In this document: in pieces, positions 17,912 to 26,677 of the stretch
How the letters are laid out: every line of letters begins with the position of its first letter
Numbering within the stretch: position 1 is the first letter of the stretch
Assembly: GCF_008065095.1 (NCBI RefSeq)
Contig: NZ_CP042911.1
Coordinates: 3,300,001 to 3,332,000, forward strand
Direction: 5' to 3'
DNA: 32,000 nucleotides
Source: Gemmata obscuriglobus
Lineage (GTDB): Bacteria; Planctomycetota; Planctomycetia; Gemmatales; Gemmataceae
Notes under the pieces: generated by a model
The model's database searches: none
The model's input: the letters and a program-made list of their open reading frames with translations, nothing else
What the model was told of the DNA's origin: nothing
Program-made: the position numbers and the translations under genes

Positions 17912-18598
17912 TTATCGACGGTCGGCGCGGTCGAACAGGTCGCGGAGCGCGAGCGTGAAACCGGGGAGGATAGCGTCACCGTCGAGCGTGCCATCGGCCG
18001 GAACGGGGGTCACGGCGGTCGGCCCGGTGAACACATTGGCGGATCGGGATTCGGGGCTGATTTCCCACACGCGCTTCACCCCGGCGCGGAAGTACTCGTC
18101 GCGCTTGCGGGCCATCTCCGCCGGTGTGTTCGACGCGCTCAGTATCTCGATCACGAGGTCCGGTACGACCGCGGGCACCTTATTCTCGCGCGCCGGCGGT
18201 TTGCCGTCCTTCAGTTTCGCCCACGGGATGAACGCGACGTCCGGCGCGCGGCCGACGCCGGGGAGGATGTTCATGACACCGTCAGGGGCAGAAGCCATTC
18301 CGATGTCGTTGGCTTTGAGGTAAGCGTACAACTCGCCGATGATGATGACGGCCAGCCACGACTCATGGAATCCCATTGCCTTCTCCACGAGAGTGCCGTC
18401 GACCCATTCGCAAATCTGCGCGTCGCGCGTCGCGTTTACGTGGACCAGATCCTCGAAAGTCGCGAGCCCGGGTACCGGATTGAAACGCACACGGTCCGCC
18501 GGGATGTCACCGAGACGCCGAAGCAGGTCCGCAACCGTGACACGCGGCAGCGCAGGAGCTGCTGGTAGAGTGGGTGCGTCGATGGTCGCAGTGGTCAT
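17912..18598 (-). CDS. Uma2-family (DUF820) putative endonuclease
   Basis: 228 aa. PDVAFIPW...VPDLVIEILSASNTPAEMARKRDEYFRAGVKRVWEISPE matches the Uma2 PD-(D/E)xK pattern. ATG at 18598. Confidence 0.85.
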   Translation of the reverse strand: MTTATIDAPTLPAAPALPRVTVADLLRRLGDIPADRVRFNPVPGLATFEDLVHVNATRDAQICEWVDGTLVEKAMGFHESWLAVIIIGELYAYLKANDIGMASAPDGVMNILPGVGRAPDVAFIPWAKLKDGKPPARENKVPAVVPDLVIEILSASNTPAEMARKRDEYFRAGVKRVWEISPESRSANVFTGPTAVTPVPADGTLDGDAILPGFTLALRDLFDRADRR

Positions 18599-18651
18599 GC
18601 GTGTTCCTCCAATCCGATTATCGGCTCGCGCGGGGGGCTCCGCAACGGCGG

Positions 18652-19287
18652 TTACGTTTTGCGCAGCACGAGGTCAACCACCCAGCACCCGCGGACGTGC
18701 GGGCAATCGTGGTCGCGGCAGTGGTTCAGGATGGCGTCGCTGTCGCAACCCGCGTCTTGAAGCGCGTCCGCGAGGATCGGCATCGCGCTGAAATCCCGCG
18801 ACCCGTACATCTGCTGTGCGAGAAGCACCACGTCAGCCGTGCGCCATTTGGAAGAGAAGCGAGACGGTTGAAACGGGTTGCCGAGAATGTCACGGAGCAG
18901 CGACACCAGCACCCGTTCTTCACGACTTTTGTGCCACAACCACACAGATCCACGAACCGCAGCGGCGGCGCGACTGGCGCTGGCCCATCCGGTGGCGGCA
19001 ACAAGACCGGCCACAATCCAGGCCTCCGCAGCGTGCCAACTCGCACCGCTTGCCAACTCCCGACGCAACTGTTTGAGACGGTTGCGGGTTCGGTTCGTGC
19101 GCGATTCGGCCAACTGCTCCACTTCGTCCGTGACCTCGCGGAACTGCGGTGAGGCACGATCGCCCATACTGCGACGGCCGCAGGCGACGGCAAACAGGCG
19201 GAGTTTACGGTCCGAACTGTGTTGCTTTGACAGGTGACCCAGCAGCTTGCGGACACTGCTCGCCGCGAACCACTCCGCTTCCGTCAT
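18652..19287 (-). CDS. hypothetical protein of the expanded planctomycete/myxobacterial family with N-terminal MTEAEW...DRKLRLFAVAC and C-terminal ...LADALQDAGCD...ILNHCR....HVRGCWVVDLVL
   Basis: 211 aa. The call rests on motif recognition only, and function is unknown. The gene lies 53 nt upstream of the Uma2 gene on the same strand. Confidence 0.7.
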   Translation of the reverse strand: MTEAEWFAASSVRKLLGHLSKQHSSDRKLRLFAVACGRRSMGDRASPQFREVTDEVEQLAESRTNRTRNRLKQLRRELASGASWHAAEAWIVAGLVAATGWASASRAAAAVRGSVWLWHKSREERVLVSLLRDILGNPFQPSRFSSKWRTADVVLLAQQMYGSRDFSAMPILADALQDAGCDSDAILNHCRDHDCPHVRGCWVVDLVLRKT

Positions 19288-19344
19288 CGTCCGTGCCTCC
19301 GAACGCGGCTACGCGGTCATTCGCTTCCGCTGTAAAGTAATTCC

Positions 19345-20454
19345 ATGACGAACGCGACCGCTGAACTCCCGCCGCCGCCACCCTTTTACCGCGAGCCCCT
19401 CTCCGTAGGGAGCGTGGCGCTCGCGTCGCGGTTCAACCTCGCGCCGCTCGCGGGCTACACGAACCTGCCGTTCCGGCTGTCGGTGCGCGAGCTGGGCGGC
19501 GTCGGGCTGTGTACCACCGACCTCATCAACGCCCGCGCGATCGTGGACGGCATCCAGAAGACGATGCTGCTGCTCGCGCACGACCACGCCGAGCGCCCGC
19601 TGTTCGTCCAGATCTTCGGGTCGAAGCCGCACGAGATGGCCGGCGCCGCGAAGTGGCTCGTCGAGAACCGCATCGCCGACGGCATCGACATCAACATGGG
19701 GTGCCCGGTCCGGAAGGTCGTCAAGACCGGCGGCGGGTCTTCGCTCATGTGCGACACCACGGGCGCGACGGTCGGCCTCGTGAGCCAGGTCGTGGAAGCC
19801 GTGAGGCCGGTGCCGGTCAGCGTGAAGATGCGGCTGGGGTGGGACGATGACAACCTGAGCGCGCCGTACTTCGCTCGCGAGTTCGAGAAGGCGGGCGTGG
19901 CGGCGCTCACGATCCACGGGCGGACCCGCGAGCAGGGGTTCGCGGGCGGCGTGAACCACGAGGGCATCCGCCGCGTGGTCGAGGCGGTCGAGAAGATCCC
20001 CGTGTTCGGGAACGGCGACGTGCGCTCGGTTCAGGACGCGGCCCGGATGATCACCGAAACCGGGTGCCACGGGATCGCGATCGGCCGCGGCGCCCTCGCC
20101 AACCCCTGGGTGTTCCGACAGTTCGACGCCTGGGTGCGCACCGGAGACCCGGGGCCGCGCGCCACCTACGCCGAACGGCTCGCGTTCATGCGGTTGCACC
20201 TGAAGCGGCTCGTGGACTGGCGCGGCAGCGAGCGGAACGGGTGCGTCCACTTCCGCAAGGTCGCGACGTGGTACACGAAGGCGCTGCGGTTCCCCAAAAA
20301 GGTGCAGCAGCGGCTCGTGATGCTCTCGACGCTCGCCGAGTTCGAGCAGTTGATCGCCCCGTTCTCCGGCGGGCGCGCACCCGACGGCTGGACCGAGTAC
20401 GACGCGCAGCAGGCGCACATCGCGGTTCCCGCCGGACCGATCGCACACTGGTAA
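19345..20454 (+). CDS. dus: tRNA-dihydrouridine synthase
   Basis: 369 aa. Dus-family motifs: LAPLAGYTNLPFR, IDINMGCPVRKV, KMRLGWD and LTIHGRTREQ. Confidence 0.9.
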   Translation: MTNATAELPPPPPFYREPLSVGSVALASRFNLAPLAGYTNLPFRLSVRELGGVGLCTTDLINARAIVDGIQKTMLLLAHDHAERPLFVQIFGSKPHEMAGAAKWLVENRIADGIDINMGCPVRKVVKTGGGSSLMCDTTGATVGLVSQVVEAVRPVPVSVKMRLGWDDDNLSAPYFAREFEKAGVAALTIHGRTREQGFAGGVNHEGIRRVVEAVEKIPVFGNGDVRSVQDAARMITETGCHGIAIGRGALANPWVFRQFDAWVRTGDPGPRATYAERLAFMRLHLKRLVDWRGSERNGCVHFRKVATWYTKALRFPKKVQQRLVMLSTLAEFEQLIAPFSGGRAPDGWTEYDAQQAHIAVPAGPIAHW

Positions 20455-20465
20455 CCGGAGCTGCG

Positions 20466-20960
20466 ATGAACCTGCACAGACTGGTCATGTTGCCGAACGG
20501 CTCCGTCCACGAACAGCACTGGGCCGAAATCCCGGCCGCGGACCACCCGGACGTTCGCCAGTTCGCGAGCCTGTTCACCGGACTGCGCTGTGACGCCACC
20601 GTGCGCGTCCCGCAGGGGGAATTGCGGGTCGTGTGGTCCGGGTCGAGCGGCGGGGCCATCGGCTCCTTCCACCTCGACGGCGCCCTCTTCCTCTGCGTGG
20701 TGCTGGCGACCGGGCGCGACGCCGTGGAGGACCGTCTGTACCTGTCCACCGTCGGCCGGCAGTGGAGCGACTCGAACGTGGTTCGCGGGCTGCTTGAGGG
20801 TCCGTCGTCGCCGTTCCTGACGCTTCACGAGGTCACCGACCGGCCGCTGCTCGTGGCGCTTCTGGTGCCCGCTCTGGCGCCGGAAGTGTGGGCGGCACTC
20901 AACGGGGTCGAACTGGCCGTGGTCGGCGCACACGTTGCTGCCATCGGCGCCCGAAAGTAA
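20466..20960 (+). CDS. hypothetical protein
   Basis: ATG at 20466 (MNLHRLVMLPNGSVHEQHW...) lies within track ORF 20064..20960. GGAG sits 8 nt upstream. The start is 11 nt after the dus stop. No family recognised. Confidence 0.5.
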   Translation: MNLHRLVMLPNGSVHEQHWAEIPAADHPDVRQFASLFTGLRCDATVRVPQGELRVVWSGSSGGAIGSFHLDGALFLCVVLATGRDAVEDRLYLSTVGRQWSDSNVVRGLLEGPSSPFLTLHEVTDRPLLVALLVPALAPEVWAALNGVELAVVGAHVAAIGARK

Positions 20961-21175
20961 CGCGGAGGGCGACCCGTTCGCGGATGCCCGCGGTGCTCCC
21001 CACGCCCCACCCGTATCAGGCGCGAGAGGAAGATCCGTTTGCTTTTTTGGCTTGTGTGGGGAGTTTCGGTCGTTCGGCCCCGGCGCGGGCGGTCGGCGAA
21101 CAATGCTCGCGCCAAACGGGTGCGCCCCGCCTATGATGCCTCCGAACAGAAATTACCATCGCGAGGCGCACCCCA

Positions 21176-22234
21176 ATGACCCCGTTGCAATCGCTGGCGG
21201 CCACCGGCACGAAACTGTGGCTCGATTCCGTGGACCCGGAACTCATCAAGCTGAACCGGTCCCAAGGCGCCACCGGCGCCACCTCGAACCCGATCATCAT
21301 CTCGGACCTGCTGAAGACCGGGCGGTTCGACGCCCACATGAAGACGTTCTTCGACGCCGGCCGTGACGACGAGGCGGTCGCGTGGGCCATGACCGACAAA
21401 CTCGTCAAGGACGCGCAAGACGTGTTCCTCGACGTGTGGACCGCGACCAAGGGCGACGACGGGTGGGTGAGCTTCGAACTCGACCCGCTCCTGGAAGACC
21501 ACGCCCAAACGCGCAACACCGAGGAGCGGTCCGCCGAGTACATTCGGCTGGGTAAGGAGTGGGCCGCCGGTCACAAGAACCGCATGATCAAGGTGCCGGC
21601 CACCCCGGGCGGCCTCGGCGCGATTGAAGAACTGGTCGCCGCGGGCATTTGCCCCAACATCACGCTCATCTTCTCCGAGCGGCAGTACCTGCTGGCCCGC
21701 GACGCGGTGGCCCGCGGCGCCGCCCGCCGCTCTGATAAGGAGAACGTAAAGAGCGTGTACAGCATCTTCGTGAGCCGCGTGGACGTGTACACGGAGAAGC
21801 AGGTTCCGAACCTGATCCCGGCCGCGCAGGGGCAGGTCGGCATCGTGAACGCCAAGCGCATCTACAAGATGAACAAGGAGTTCTGGGCCGGTAAGGGGTT
21901 CCCGCGCAAGCAGGAGATGATCTTCGCGAGCACCGGCACCAAGAAGATGGCCGACGGCACCACGCCGCCCGCGTGGAAGTACGTTGAGGCGCTGGCGGGC
22001 GACGACATCGAGACCAACCCGCCGCAAACCAACGAGGACGTGCAGAAGAGCGGCCGGACGTTCACCAAGCAGGTCGAGCAGCTCCCGCCCGCCGAAGTGC
22101 TGGCGGACATCGACGCGAAGGTGGACATGAAGAAGCTGGAAGAGACGCTGATGAGCGAGGGGCTGGCGAAGTTCGCCGAGCCGCACAAGGCCCTGATCGC
22201 ACTGATCGCCAAGAAACGCGCCGAACTGAAGTAA
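21176..22234 (+). CDS. tal: transaldolase
   Basis: 352 aa. The transaldolase-family pattern is present: [13 protein letters not shown]...[12 protein letters not shown]...[16 protein letters not shown]...NITLIFS. Confidence 0.88.
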   Translation: MTPLQSLAATGTKLWLDSVDPELIKLNRSQGATGATSNPIIISDLLKTGRFDAHMKTFFDAGRDDEAVAWAMTDKLVKDAQDVFLDVWTATKGDDGWVSFELDPLLEDHAQTRNTEERSAEYIRLGKEWAAGHKNRMIKVPATPGGLGAIEELVAAGICPNITLIFSERQYLLARDAVARGAARRSDKENVKSVYSIFVSRVDVYTEKQVPNLIPAAQGQVGIVNAKRIYKMNKEFWAGKGFPRKQEMIFASTGTKKMADGTTPPAWKYVEALAGDDIETNPPQTNEDVQKSGRTFTKQVEQLPPAEVLADIDAKVDMKKLEETLMSEGLAKFAEPHKALIALIAKKRAELK

Positions 22235-22242
22235 CACCGCGA

Positions 22243-22353
22243 GAAATGCGGATTGCGGAGTTCGGAATGCGGAGTTGAAGGCAGAAAGACAGTCGCTTAA
22301 GCGTGTATTCGCTGCCTTCAACTCCGCATTCCGAACTCCGCAATCCGCATTTC
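22243..22353. terminator. perfect 42-bp-stem hairpin (27-nt loop) immediately after transaldolase; terminator and/or REP/MITE-like element
   Basis: The left arm 22243..22284, GAAATGCGGATTGCGGAGTTCGGAATGCGGAGTTGAAGGCAG, is the exact reverse complement of 22312..22353. I checked this base by base. Confidence 0.8.
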
Positions 22354-22442
22354 CCCAGAGACGCCGTCGGGAGTTGAACCCGCCCCGGGAGCTTTGCAGG
22401 CACCCGCCCGACCCGTCGGACAGCGTCTTCGTGGCCGCAGCG

Positions 22443-22709
22443 TCACCCCTTCGGCGCGGTTTCGGCGTCGCCCGTTGCGCGGAGGTGGGCCTTGCTCAGG
22501 ACGTGGAAGTCCGGCACCTCGTCGGCCCGCAACCGGCGGTCACCCGCTCCGGTCACGATCCAGCCGTCGTCCCATGCTCCGTCGGCGCGCAGCTTCACCA
22601 CACGCCCGGTGGTGGCGTAGGGCTCCGGGAGCCACGACACCTGCACCCACTCGCCGTTTTCCACTCGCTTCACCAGCCGACACTGGCGATAGAACACTTC
22701 CTTGGCCAT
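22443..22709 (-). CDS. small hypothetical protein
   Basis: MAKEVFYRQCRLVKRVENGEWVQVSWLPEPYATTGRVVKLRADGAWDDGWIVTG... ATG at 22709. GC3-rich. No family recognised. Confidence 0.45.
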   Translation of the reverse strand: MAKEVFYRQCRLVKRVENGEWVQVSWLPEPYATTGRVVKLRADGAWDDGWIVTGAGDRRLRADEVPDFHVLSKAHLRATGDAETAPKG

Positions 22710-22736
22710 CACTGCACCTCACCGCGAATCGGACAG

Positions 22737-22807
22737 TGCCCCCGCCAGGAATCGAACCTGGTCCGCGACCTTCGCAGAGTCGAGTGCATCCACCACACCC
22801 CGAGGAC
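22737..22807 (-). tRNA. tRNA-Arg(GCG)-like gene with non-canonical core (possible pseudo-tRNA)
   Basis: The minus strand reads GTCCTCG GG GTGT GGTGGAT GCAC T CGACT CUGCGAA GGTCG CGGA CCAGG TTCGATT CCTGG CGGGGGC A. My hand fold gives a 7-bp acceptor stem (two G-U pairs), a 4-bp D stem, a 5-bp anticodon stem, a perfect T arm with a TTCGATT loop, and the anticodon GCG. G replaces U8 and A14, and no CCA is encoded. Confidence 0.6.
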
Positions 22808-22906
22808 GGTCGCAGAAGTGACCCGAAGCACGGGCGAAAGGTTCGCGGGGGTGGTTCCGACTTCGTGGTTCAGGAGGAATCCGCGCCAATCGCGTGGCGG
22901 GGAGAA

Positions 22907-24178
22907 TCAAACGCGCGCGAGGGCCGCGCGGGCCTCGTCGGGGGTGCGGGCGAACTCGCGAACGGCCTTCAGGTCCAGGCGCCCGTCGAACGCGGTGAAC
23001 AGTAGCGCCCTGTTCGGGAACGCGACCGCCCGCGCCGCGAAGCACTTTCGTAGCAGCCGGTCGTTGCCGGTTCCGGCCTCGGTTTCGGCAGCGCGACGCA
23101 CCTCGGCGCCCACCTTTGCGGCCCAGACACGGAGTTGCTCGCAGTTCGCGAGGTACGCCGCGAAGGTGTCGTAGTGCTCGCGGTAGAAGCCCAGCACCTC
23201 TTCCGGAACCTGCTCGCGGCCGAGCGACCGCAGGTGCGTTTCCAGGTCCGCCCAGCCGGTCCAGTCCGGGTGCGCGTCGAACATCTCGACCGTCCGGTCG
23301 TAGGTACAGGTGACCACCAGTTTGAGCACGCGCAGGTAGTCCGGCCCCTTGACCTTCACACGGTACACGACCCGGTGGTCGTGCTCGATGGTGATAACGG
23401 TCCCTTCCTGGTCGGTGCCCGCGATCGAAGCCAGCAGGCTCTCGATTTGCTCCCCGAGGGTGTGGCCCGCCGGCGCGAACTCTTCCACGTGCGCGAGGGC
23501 GTGCGCCGCGGCCAGTTCCTTGAGTTCCGCGAACGTGCGGTAGCGGTAGTCGACTTTGTCGAAGCACGCGTGGAGCACGAGGTCCTCGCGGTCGCCGTAG
23601 TTGGTGATGACCCGCGTTTCGGGGTGAATGAACTCGAACACCAGTGTGAGGTTCTCGAACTCCGGCCGCGGCTCCACAAGCGCCGGGTACTTGCGCGCCG
23701 CCAACCGGCGGGCGGTGCCGAGAAAATCGAAGTTGCGGGTGCGCGCGGGCGCGTCCTCGTCCTGCGTGCCGTAGCACGGCCCCCCCTCGATCATGCCGCG
23801 GGTGGTAAAGTACACGCGGCCCCGGTGCTGGAACCGCTGGATCAGCGTGCCGTCGAGCTTGTGGAGAAAGTGGAGCCGCGCGTTCCCCGGACCCGCCGCG
23901 ATGCCGGCGAGGTCGGCGGCGGAAACGTTCTTCTCGCCGAGGTTATAAATCTTGACCAGCGGCAGCGACACCAACTCGAACGGGTCGCGCCGGTACACGA
24001 GCCCCTTGGCGAACAGTTGGTGCGCGGTTTGCGGGGTGAACAGCGCGCCGCTCGCGTTCGCGAGCACCAACTCCCCCGATTGCCGCTTCGACAACAGCGG
24101 GTCGGCGTCGATGGCTTTGAGGATGTCGGCCGCGTTGGCGCGCAGGTCGTCGAGCAGGTGGTCGAGGCGGAGGTTCAT
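22907..24178 (-). CDS. ATP-dependent RNA ligase family protein (T4 Rnl1-like nucleotidyltransferase motifs)
   Basis: Track ORF 22907..24202 (TTG). The more likely start is the ATG at 24178 (MNLRLDHLL). Ligase motifs: I, HKLDGTL (KxDG); III, LVFEFIHPETRVITNY; IV, EGTVITIE; V, YRVKVKGPDY. Confidence 0.7.
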   Translation of the reverse strand: MNLRLDHLLDDLRANAADILKAIDADPLLSKRQSGELVLANASGALFTPQTAHQLFAKGLVYRRDPFELVSLPLVKIYNLGEKNVSAADLAGIAAGPGNARLHFLHKLDGTLIQRFQHRGRVYFTTRGMIEGGPCYGTQDEDAPARTRNFDFLGTARRLAARKYPALVEPRPEFENLTLVFEFIHPETRVITNYGDREDLVLHACFDKVDYRYRTFAELKELAAAHALAHVEEFAPAGHTLGEQIESLLASIAGTDQEGTVITIEHDHRVVYRVKVKGPDYLRVLKLVVTCTYDRTVEMFDAHPDWTGWADLETHLRSLGREQVPEEVLGFYREHYDTFAAYLANCEQLRVWAAKVGAEVRRAAETEAGTGNDRLLRKCFAARAVAFPNRALLFTAFDGRLDLKAVREFARTPDEARAALARV

Positions 24179-24301
24179 GTGTGGTCTCGCGGGCGTCGTC
24201 AAACGGACGCGCCCCCGTGCTCACCGGTTCGCTGGATCGGGGCGTCGGATTTGGTATAGTCGCGTGGGGAATCGGCTTCGTCACCTCCCGGAGAAACGCT
24301 C

Positions 24302-24679
24302 ATGGCAGACTGGCAACGGCTGGCGAAAGACCTGGTGCTGATCGACGGCATGGTCGGCGAGCGGGAGACGGAGATCCTGCGGCGCGCGTTCCTGGCCGAC
24401 GGCGTCATCAACCGGACCGAGGCGGAGTTCCTCATCGATTTGCGGAACAGCGCGCCGAAGGCCGTGGTACGGTTCCACACGTTCGTGTTCGAGGTGGTGA
24501 AAAAGATGATGCTCGCCGACGGCGACCTGACCGCGGCGGAAGCCGGGTGGCTGGAGCGGTTCATCCTCCGAGACGGGCGGGTGGACGAGTTGGAACGCAC
24601 GTTCTTACGCGAACTGAAAGCCGCCGCGCGGCGCACGTCGCCGGAGTTCAACGCGCTGGTCGCGAAGTACGCGGGGTGA
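24302..24679 (+). CDS. TerB-like (tellurite-resistance TerB / DjlA-N fold) small protein, tentative
   Basis: 125 aa. Repeated helix-pair pattern with DG...xxE motifs: IDGMVGERETEILR, ADGVINRTEAEFL, ADGDLTAAEAGWL and RDGRVDELERTFL. Confidence 0.45.
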   Translation: MADWQRLAKDLVLIDGMVGERETEILRRAFLADGVINRTEAEFLIDLRNSAPKAVVRFHTFVFEVVKKMMLADGDLTAAEAGWLERFILRDGRVDELERTFLRELKAAARRTSPEFNALVAKYAG

Positions 24680-24685
24680 GAGCGT

Positions 24686-24711
24686 TGACACAGACAGGAA
24701 TGTCTGTGTCA
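24686..24711. terminator. bidirectional terminator hairpin between convergent genes
   Basis: TGACACAGACA-GGAA-TGTCTGTGTCA is a perfect 11-bp stem with a GNRA-like loop. It lies 7 nt after the stop at 24679 and 43 nt after the minus-strand stop at 24754. Confidence 0.7.
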
Positions 24712-24753
24712 CAAAGATCACAGCAAAGCAGATAACGATGACTGGAACGTGTA

Positions 24754-25884
24754 TCACGGCTTCCGGGCGCCGAGCGTGACGGGCGCTTCGAGCACCTTCA
24801 CGGTTCCGGCGTCGGCGTCCAACTCGACGAGCCCGCCGTGGGGCAGGGTGGCGTTGAACGGCGTGTGTCCGACCGGGAAGTTGGTGACGACCGGCACCTT
24901 GCGCCCGGCGAAGTAGTCACGGAAGACCGCATCCAACTCGACCTCGTCGGCACCGTCGAACGTGCCCAGGATGACCCCGGCGAACCGGTCCAGGTGGCCG
25001 GAGAGGCGCAGTTGCGAAAGCACCCGGTCGATCCGATACGCCTTCTCGCCGGTGTCTTCCAGAAACAGGATGTTACCGTCGGCCTCGATCTCGTAAGGCG
25101 TCCCCATTGTCGCGCCGATTAGCGTCAGGTTCCCGCCCACCAACCGTCCTTTCGCTTTCCCGCCCACCAGCTTGCGCGGCTTCGGTCCGTCCGTCGGAAG
25201 CGGGACCGTATACCCGCTGTCGCCCTTCGGGTATTTGTCCGCGCTCACCGTCCGCCAAAACACATCCGAGGAGTAACCGAACCCGGCATCGTCGCGGTAC
25301 AGACCGTACTGCGGCATCGGGCCGTGAAACGTCACCAGTCGGCACTTCTTGGCGATGGCGAGGTGCAGCCCGGTGAGGTCGGAGAAGCCGAGGACGACTT
25401 TGGGGTTATTACGGATCGCCTCGTAGTCGATGAGGTGGAGGATGCGAGTCAGCCCGTAGCCTCCTTTGACCGCGAAGACGGCCTGCGATCCCTTGTCCTT
25501 GAACGCGGCGTTGAGTTCGGCCGCGCGCTCCTCATCGGTCCCGGCCAGATACCGATTCTTGCGGGTCGTCAGTGACGGTGGCACGCTCACCTTGAACCCC
25601 ATCTTCTCGAACCGCTCTTTCGCCTTGGCAACTTTCTCGGCGTCCGCCGGACCGGCCGGGGCGACGAACGCGATCGTGTCGCCGGGACGGAGCGCAGCCG
25701 GGCGCGTCCACGCGGGCGGTTGCGCGGCCGAAGCCGGCGTTGCCGGTTCGAGCGGTAGCGCGGTCGAACCGGTTAGCGCAGCAAGTACGAGTGCGGGAAG
25801 AAGCAGACGGGATATGCGGGTCACGGTGGGAACTCGGGTGGCTGATGCGGGCTGGTGACATCTGGAGTGTAGGTGGTTGGTCAT
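24754..25884 (-). CDS. secreted LD-carboxypeptidase (peptidase S66, LdcA/MccF-like)
   Basis: Track ORF 24754..25965, with ATG at 25884. Motifs: GDTIAFVAPAGP, AVFAVKGGYGLTRIL and GFSDLTGLHLAI (Ser nucleophile context), then a C-terminal NFPVGH. A hydrophobic leader LLLPALVLAALTG is present. Confidence 0.85.
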   Translation of the reverse strand: MTNHLHSRCHQPASATRVPTVTRISRLLLPALVLAALTGSTALPLEPATPASAAQPPAWTRPAALRPGDTIAFVAPAGPADAEKVAKAKERFEKMGFKVSVPPSLTTRKNRYLAGTDEERAAELNAAFKDKGSQAVFAVKGGYGLTRILHLIDYEAIRNNPKVVLGFSDLTGLHLAIAKKCRLVTFHGPMPQYGLYRDDAGFGYSSDVFWRTVSADKYPKGDSGYTVPLPTDGPKPRKLVGGKAKGRLVGGNLTLIGATMGTPYEIEADGNILFLEDTGEKAYRIDRVLSQLRLSGHLDRFAGVILGTFDGADEVELDAVFRDYFAGRKVPVVTNFPVGHTPFNATLPHGGLVELDADAGTVKVLEAPVTLGARKP

Positions 25885-25937
25885 GTTGCTCTCCGTTCCG
25901 GTGGCAGGAAAACGATGTTCCATCCCAAACTGCCGTG

Positions 25938-26267
25938 TTACGGCACGGCGTGGATTGCGAGCCAAACGGTCGGTTTGCCCTCGTCAGTCCACTCAACACG
26001 GTGCCGAATTCGGGCGGGGAGAAACACCCAATCGCCCGGTGCGAGTTCGCGAGGGGCGGGCTCACCCTCAACCTGCAACCGGGCCGCGCCGCTGAGAAGC
26101 GCGACGAACTCGTCGGTCGTCTGGTCGAACCACTCGCCGGGTGCGGTGACGTGCCCCCACGACACGATTCGTTCCACCTTCCAGCCGGCGCGTTCAACGA
26201 GTACCTCGAACGCCTCCGCAGGGGGCCGGGTGGCGGGGAGAGCCGCGAGAAGGTTACCGTTGGTCAT
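25938..26267 (-). CDS. cupin-domain protein
   Basis: Internal ATG (26267) of track ORF 25938..26438 gives MTNGNLLAALPATRPPAEAFEVLVERAGWKVERIVSWGHVTAPGEWFDQTTDEFVALLSGAARLQVEG...PGDWVFLPARIRHRVEW. This is a typical small cupin. Confidence 0.7.
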   Translation of the reverse strand: MTNGNLLAALPATRPPAEAFEVLVERAGWKVERIVSWGHVTAPGEWFDQTTDEFVALLSGAARLQVEGEPAPRELAPGDWVFLPARIRHRVEWTDEGKPTVWLAIHAVP

Positions 26268-26677
26268 GCGTATTCCGGTGTATGTGAGCGGCGTGACGGC
26301 CGGTGAAGTTGCTTCGGGTGCGGCTCGGTCTCGTGTATCGACACTTGCGCTGAAAGGATACGCGCAGTCCCGGGGCTTGCCACGACGCCCACGGCGAGCG
26401 GACTCGAACGGGGGCAACTGCTGGACGCCGACTACCACCGCTGCTGGTGCGATACTACCACGGCGGGTGTCGCTTCGCTCACGCCTCTGCGGTCGTCTGG
26501 GGGCGCGAAATCGTGTACTCGGTTAAACGCGAGGCGAAGGAGCCGATGCCCGCGCGACAGTGCTGGTGCGTTCGGCAGCAAGGCCGCACGCGGTTGTCCT
26601 GTCCAACGTGCCGACCACGCGGCGTTTGCAGAGAAGGGCAACGGGGCCGCTTTTCGGGTGTACGACATGCTTTGCGC

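Noticed and set aside
26385-26420. T-loop-like GTTCGAGTCC on the minus strand, a possible tRNA or att remnant next to the IS region
   Set aside because: The flanking bases cannot form a T stem or an acceptor stem, and it does not match the 3' end of the tRNA at 22737..22807.
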